The notes under the pieces: generated by a model
What the model saw: the letters and a program-made list of their open reading frames with translations, nothing else
Told to the model about the DNA's origin: nothing
The model's database searches: none
Assembly: GCA_046732115.1 (NCBI GenBank)
Contig: JBKPMK010000018.1
Coordinates: forward strand, 1 to 52,243
Direction: 5' to 3'
DNA: 52,243 bases
Origin: Thermoproteota archaeon
GTDB taxonomy: Archaea; Thermoproteota; Nitrososphaeria; Nitrososphaerales; Nitrososphaeraceae
Program-made: the position numbers and the translations under genes
In this document: piece after piece, positions 47,974-52,243 of the stretch
Numbering within the stretch: position 1 is the stretch's first letter
Layout of the letters: every line of letters begins with the position of its first letter

Positions 47974-48888
47974 ATGAATATTACTATAATAGGCTCCGGT
48001 AAAGTTGGCGCCTACGCAGCGTTAAGCTGTGGTCTTAGAGAATTGGGAAACGTACTTTTGTTAGATATAGTCCAAGGACTTCCTCAAGGCGAGGCCATGG
48101 ACATTAACCACCAATTATCAGAAAGAGGATCAGATTCCAAAATATCTGGTTCCAATAATTATGAAGACATGAAAGGATCAGACATAATTGTACTTGTTGC
48201 TGGTGTAGGGAGAAAGCCAGGAATGACGAGAATGGACTTGCTAAAAACAAACGCTTCCATTATAAAAGATGTAACATCGAAAATTGAAACGTATGCAAAA
48301 GATGCAAAACTGATTGTAGTAACGAACCCTCTAGATCCAATGACATATCTAGTCCTGAAAAAGACAGGCGTGAAGAAGAATAACGTGATGGGTATGGGAG
48401 GAATGCTTGACTTGTCAAGGTTCAAGCAATTTATTGCCGCTAGTACAATAGTTTCTAGAGATTCTATACAAGCAATGGTAATAGGCGAGCATGGGGAGAA
48501 TATGCTTCCGCTCATTAGATTCTCTTCTGTTGGTGGAATTCCGCTGAACCAATTTATTTCTAATCAAGTTGCAGAAGAGATATTCGAAAAAACAAGGAAG
48601 GTTGCTATCGAAGTCATATCTCTTAAAGGCGCAACTGTATTTGCACCTGGAAATGCTATTACAACGATGGTAGAGGCAATAATCAAGGATAAGAAACTGG
48701 TGATTCCAGTATCGACTTTGTTGGAGGGAGAATACGGCGCAAGTGGCATTTGTATAGGTGTCCCTGCTGTTATAGGTGCCAGCGGAGTCGAAAGAATAAT
48801 TGAAGTAAACCTTGATAATTTTGAACGCGATATTTTCAACAAGGGTGTTAATAGTGTTAAGGAAGCGGTAAATGCATTACAAATTTAG
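47974..48888 (+). CDS. mdh: malate dehydrogenase (LDH-like type)
   Basis: Contains [11 protein letters not shown] (Rossmann), VVTNPLD and the catalytic-His block IGEHGE. 304 aa. Confidence 0.9.
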   Translation: MNITIIGSGKVGAYAALSCGLRELGNVLLLDIVQGLPQGEAMDINHQLSERGSDSKISGSNNYEDMKGSDIIVLVAGVGRKPGMTRMDLLKTNASIIKDVTSKIETYAKDAKLIVVTNPLDPMTYLVLKKTGVKKNNVMGMGGMLDLSRFKQFIAASTIVSRDSIQAMVIGEHGENMLPLIRFSSVGGIPLNQFISNQVAEEIFEKTRKVAIEVISLKGATVFAPGNAITTMVEAIIKDKKLVIPVSTLLEGEYGASGICIGVPAVIGASGVERIIEVNLDNFERDIFNKGVNSVKEAVNALQI

Positions 48889-49072
48889 CGATCGATCGCA
48901 AAGGCCTTCTTATTGGATTGGACCACTTATCCTGTCCTCTTTTATTTATTTTCTTTGCCATCCTATTTTTTATTATTCTTATTATTACCATTGCTATTGC
49001 ATCATAGTTTATGTGCCTGTCTATGCCCAAGCTGCGGCTAGAACGTCTGTGATTGTGAATGTGATTGCGTAA

Positions 49073-49948
49073 ATGAATCTAAGGAGTCTTCTGACACGAT
49101 ATTCGAGAGGTGAACTTTCGATCGATGAGCTGCAAAAAAAGATTTCCGTTCACTCAATTGAGCAAGTCGCTAACAATGTGGCACAACTAGATGTTAATCG
49201 GGAAATTCGAAAGGAAATACCTGAAGTTATATTCGCGAAAGGCAAGGAATATGCCGATCTTTTGGAGATAACCAGAGCAGCGGTGAATAGAAACGGAAAA
49301 GTGATTGTAAGCAAAGTTCAGCCCCAACAACTTCTTATTAGACTTTGCAAAGCATTAAAAAAAGCTAGACTTGAAATTGAAGTCGGCAAGAAAAGTTCAA
49401 CTATTTTAGTGCTGAATAAATCTCATTTTCCACCAACCGCTGCTAGTAGTCGCAGCCGCAGCCTCAGCGGTAGCAGTAGCTCACCACCAGGAGGAAAAAT
49501 AGGCATTCTGGCAGCCGGTACTTCTGACATTGGTGTAGCGGAGGAGGCCAGGCTTATGGCTAAATCGATGGGCTGCGAAACTATTGAGAGTTATGACGTA
49601 GGAATCGCAGGTATACACAGGCTCTTTCCTGCTCTCCAGCAAATGATATCAGAGAATGTAGGCGCTATAGTAGTTGTAGCTGGAATGGAAGGTGCTCTGG
49701 CATCAGTTGTAACTTCCGTGGTAAACATCCCAGTTATCGGGGTCCCTACATCCGTAGGATATGGATTTGGTTCTGATGGTATCGCCGCACTTGCAAGTAT
49801 GCTGCAGAGTTGTACCCCGGGTCTTTCTGTAGTAAATATTGATAACGGTATTGGTGCTGGAGCTACAGCAGCATTAATTTCTAATCAACTAGCAAAAAAA
49901 CGAAGGCAGGGCCAAGAAAACAAGGAGAAGAACGAAGAAAGGAAATAG
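49073..49948 (+). CDS. larB: LarB-like pyridinium-3,5-biscarboxylic acid mononucleotide synthase (PurE-fold)
   Basis: Contains GILAAGTSDIGVAEEA and VVVAGMEGALASVVTSVVNIPVIGVPTSVGYG. A Ser-rich linker (AASSRSRSLSGSSSSPPGG) separates the N-terminal and catalytic parts. The tail is Lys/Glu-rich. Confidence 0.85.
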   Translation: MNLRSLLTRYSRGELSIDELQKKISVHSIEQVANNVAQLDVNREIRKEIPEVIFAKGKEYADLLEITRAAVNRNGKVIVSKVQPQQLLIRLCKALKKARLEIEVGKKSSTILVLNKSHFPPTAASSRSRSLSGSSSSPPGGKIGILAAGTSDIGVAEEARLMAKSMGCETIESYDVGIAGIHRLFPALQQMISENVGAIVVVAGMEGALASVVTSVVNIPVIGVPTSVGYGFGSDGIAALASMLQSCTPGLSVVNIDNGIGAGATAALISNQLAKKRRQGQENKEKNEERK

Positions 49949-50255
49949 GAAAAGATCCAAGGAAAAAAAAGGAGGATATAGCAACAAGGAGAAGCAAGAC
50001 GGGCCCTCAACAAAATAATCAATTACCAATGGACCTTTCCAAAGAAATCGAGATAAATAATTAATTAATTGATTAAATAGACAAACGAACAAACAAAGAC
50101 GGAAAAACAAACTGTGTATGTAAACACAGGCGTATATGGGATCGATTTGTATTGTTTGAATTTTATTGTATTGTTAAAACGTTTATAAGTGAATAACAAT
50201 GTTTGCCTATAATTGTTACTGAGAATAAGATTAAGAATGATAATAATAGGTGTAA

Positions 50256-50858
50256 ATGAATAATATGACATATAATTTAACGCTAAAGAGGAATCGACAA
50301 CGAAAAACAAATTATAGAAAACGAGCTTCACTATTACTGAGTCGAAGACATTTTATAGTGGCAAAGATAAGTGACCAAAACGTCTCTTGTCAATTTTTAA
50401 AACCTACTCTGAAGGGAGATTTAGTCATTTGTTCGGCACATAGCAGAGAATTACGAAAATATGGCTGGAAGGGATCAATGAACAGTCTGCCTGCATGCTA
50501 TCTGACAGGCTTCCTTCTTGGTAAAAAGAGCATGGCAAAAGGAATGGATAACGCTATTCTTTATACGGGCAGAGACTCATTTACATCACGCGTGGCAGCA
50601 TGCTTGAAAGGAATAGTTGCTGCTGGAGTTAATGTGCCAGTTTCAGAAGACAACTTACCCTCAGATGACCGCACGAATGGAAAACATATCGCAGAATACG
50701 CCAAGATCTTAAAAGAAGATGAGGCAAAATACAACTCGATATTCTCTGCTCTTATTAAGGGAGGGCTAAATCCTGAGGACTATCCTTCACATTCTGAATC
50801 GACCAAGCAAAAAATTTCAGAGGACTTTGGCTCCAAGGCAACATCGGAGCAGCAGTAG
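50256..50858 (+). CDS. rpl18: ribosomal protein uL18
   Basis: LKRNRQRKTNYRKRASLL...IVAKISDQNVSCQF...AHSREL matches archaeal L18P/L5e. Confidence 0.9.
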   Translation: MNNMTYNLTLKRNRQRKTNYRKRASLLLSRRHFIVAKISDQNVSCQFLKPTLKGDLVICSAHSRELRKYGWKGSMNSLPACYLTGFLLGKKSMAKGMDNAILYTGRDSFTSRVAACLKGIVAAGVNVPVSEDNLPSDDRTNGKHIAEYAKILKEDEAKYNSIFSALIKGGLNPEDYPSHSESTKQKISEDFGSKATSEQQ

Positions 50859-51089
50859 CATTGCAAAGACTAAAGAGAACATGGAAGGGGAATAATAGCA
50901 AGTGATATATTATTATAAAGCGTTCAAACCTAACAAAAGTGTACCTATAATCATGAGCATAATAATGATGATTGCAACAATAGCGAATTCGACCATACAA
51001 CCAGCGTCATCAACAAGAACAACAACAACAATTAGAACAAAAAAGAACCGTCATTTTACTTTACATACCAATGGAGAGTAGAATCAAGA

Positions 51090-51719
51090 ATGGTACGACC
51101 TTCATCTAGACATCAACAACAAGAACATCGCGTAGAGTGGAAGCCGCGTACTACACTGGGTTCGCTTGTGGCAAGTGGCAAAATCAACTCTATGGACGAG
51201 GTATATGAAAATGGTATGAGAATTCAGGAGTCCGAGATAGTTCGACATCTCTTGCCAGATATAAAGAGCCAAGTTGTGCACGTCGGCATAGTACAAAAAC
51301 AAACAGACGCAGGAGAAATGACACGATTTAACGCTATTGTTGCAGTTGGGAATGAAGCAGGATGGTTTGGAATTGGCAAGGGTAAGGCATCACAAATGCG
51401 TATAGCCATAGATAAAGCCACGAATGCTGCATATCTTGATGTTATACCTATAAAACTTGGGTGCGGAAGCTGGGAATGCAGATGCAGTCAACTTCATTCT
51501 GTACCTTTTAAAGTGAGAGGAAAAGGCGGTAGTGTTACTTTAGAAATACTCCCTGGTCCACGTGGGCTTGGTCTGGTTGCTGGCGAGAATATCAAGAGTT
51601 TGCTTAAGCTTGCTGGGCTAAAAGATGCATGGACAAAATCATTTGGTTCAACTAATACAATGTCTTCTACAACAAAGGCCGTTTTTAGCGCGCTCAGAGG
51701 CACTTATTCTGCAGGGTGA
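51090..51719 (+). CDS. rps5: ribosomal protein uS5
   Basis: Contains RFNAIVAVGNEAGWFGIGKGKA and HSVPFKVRGKGGSVTLEILPGPRGLGLVAG. Confidence 0.93.
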   Translation: MVRPSSRHQQQEHRVEWKPRTTLGSLVASGKINSMDEVYENGMRIQESEIVRHLLPDIKSQVVHVGIVQKQTDAGEMTRFNAIVAVGNEAGWFGIGKGKASQMRIAIDKATNAAYLDVIPIKLGCGSWECRCSQLHSVPFKVRGKGGSVTLEILPGPRGLGLVAGENIKSLLKLAGLKDAWTKSFGSTNTMSSTTKAVFSALRGTYSAG

Positions 51720-51729
51720 GACAGAAAAA

Positions 51730-52188
51730 ATGGTATATCTAGTTCTAAGAATCAAAGGGACCGTAAACATTCCAGCATGGGCTAAAACGACTCTGGCAAA
51801 CTTAAACCTTGATAAAAAGTTCAGAGCAACCCTTGTGCCTGAAAACTTTGAGACATTAGGCATGCTAAGAAAAGTAAAAGATATCGTTGCTTGGACGTCT
51901 GTTGATGAGGGTTTCATAAAGGAGTTGCTCGAAAGAAGAGGTAAAATTTCTGGCTACAAGCCACTTACAAAAGGTAATCTTCCAACGGGATTTGAGAGTA
52001 TAGAAGAGCTTGCTGCAGCCATAGCGCAAAATAAAACGACGATGTCAAAATTACGGAACATCAAACCTTGGTTTGCGTTGGCTCCTCCTAAAGGCGGATT
52101 TAAACAAAAGACGAAAAAACAGTTTTCTCAGGATGGCGTGCTAGGACAAAATCAAGGGCTGGTCCAGCTAGTAAAGAACATGCTTTGA
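51730..52188 (+). CDS. rpl30: ribosomal protein uL30
   Basis: Internal ATG of track ORF 51625..52188. The sequence MVYLVLRIKGTVNIPAWAKTTLANLNLDKKFRATLVPEN is the typical uL30 N-terminus. It starts 10 nt after the rps5 stop. Confidence 0.88.
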   Translation: MVYLVLRIKGTVNIPAWAKTTLANLNLDKKFRATLVPENFETLGMLRKVKDIVAWTSVDEGFIKELLERRGKISGYKPLTKGNLPTGFESIEELAAAIAQNKTTMSKLRNIKPWFALAPPKGGFKQKTKKQFSQDGVLGQNQGLVQLVKNML

Positions 52189-52243
52189 ACTGTGACTTTG
52201 ACTTTGACCATCGAACTTTGCACGCAGCAAAAGACTTAATTAA

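Noticed and set aside
48872-50331. ORFs 48872..49072 (+), 49889..50110 (-) and 50065..50331 (-) lie in low-complexity DNA flanking larB.
   Set aside because: The translations are dominated by Tyr/Phe/Leu/Ile repeats derived from A/T-rich and purine-rich tracts. They overlap better-supported genes or spacers.
52189-52243. Sequence after rpl30, where rpl15 would be expected. It contains a tandem ACTTTG ACTTTG repeat.
   Set aside because: No open frame with a uL15-like N-terminus starts within the remaining 55 nt, so the window ends before any call is possible.

Overview
AT-rich archaeal chromosomal segment. Gene content points to an ammonia-oxidising thaumarchaeon (class Nitrososphaeria): an unsplit rpoA, the acetyl-/propionyl-CoA carboxylase of the hydroxypropionate/hydroxybutyrate cycle, a class V fructose-1,6-bisphosphate aldolase/phosphatase, a PEFG-CTERM surface protein and a degenerate FtsZ-like gene. 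Layout: (1) 1-10.5 kb is a loosely packed, partly decayed region. It holds an SPFH protein, an HxlR regulator with a VOC-family protein and an aldehyde dehydrogenase, tRNA-Ala(CGC), a SHOCT-domain protein, gene fragments (CHRD, DUF72) and an orphan NurA-like nuclease. (2) 10.5-17.1 kb is a compact cluster resembling the bacterial/eustigmatophyte ebo operon: TatD hydrolase, xylose-isomerase-like TIM barrels, UbiA prenyltransferase and an alkaline-phosphatase-family enzyme, plus a divergent Zn-alcohol dehydrogenase. I consider this the most interesting candidate system. (3) 17-29 kb holds tfb, an orphan response regulator, the FtsZ-like gene, a MiaB/MtaB-type methylthiotransferase, fbp, tpiA, birA and the PEFG-CTERM protein. 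(4) 29.4-38.8 kb is the conserved rpoH-rpoB-rpoA-rpl30e-nusA-rps12-rps7 operon. (5) 39-44.6 kb holds an unknown 392-aa protein and pccB-accC-accB. (6) 44.9-49.9 kb holds a peroxiredoxin and the nickel-pincer cofactor genes larC-larE and larB flanking mdh, with no larA. (7) 50.3-52.2 kb holds rpl18-rps5-rpl30. No CRISPR array, transposase or integrase was recognised. All functional calls rest on motifs read by eye from the supplied translations. No database search was possible.
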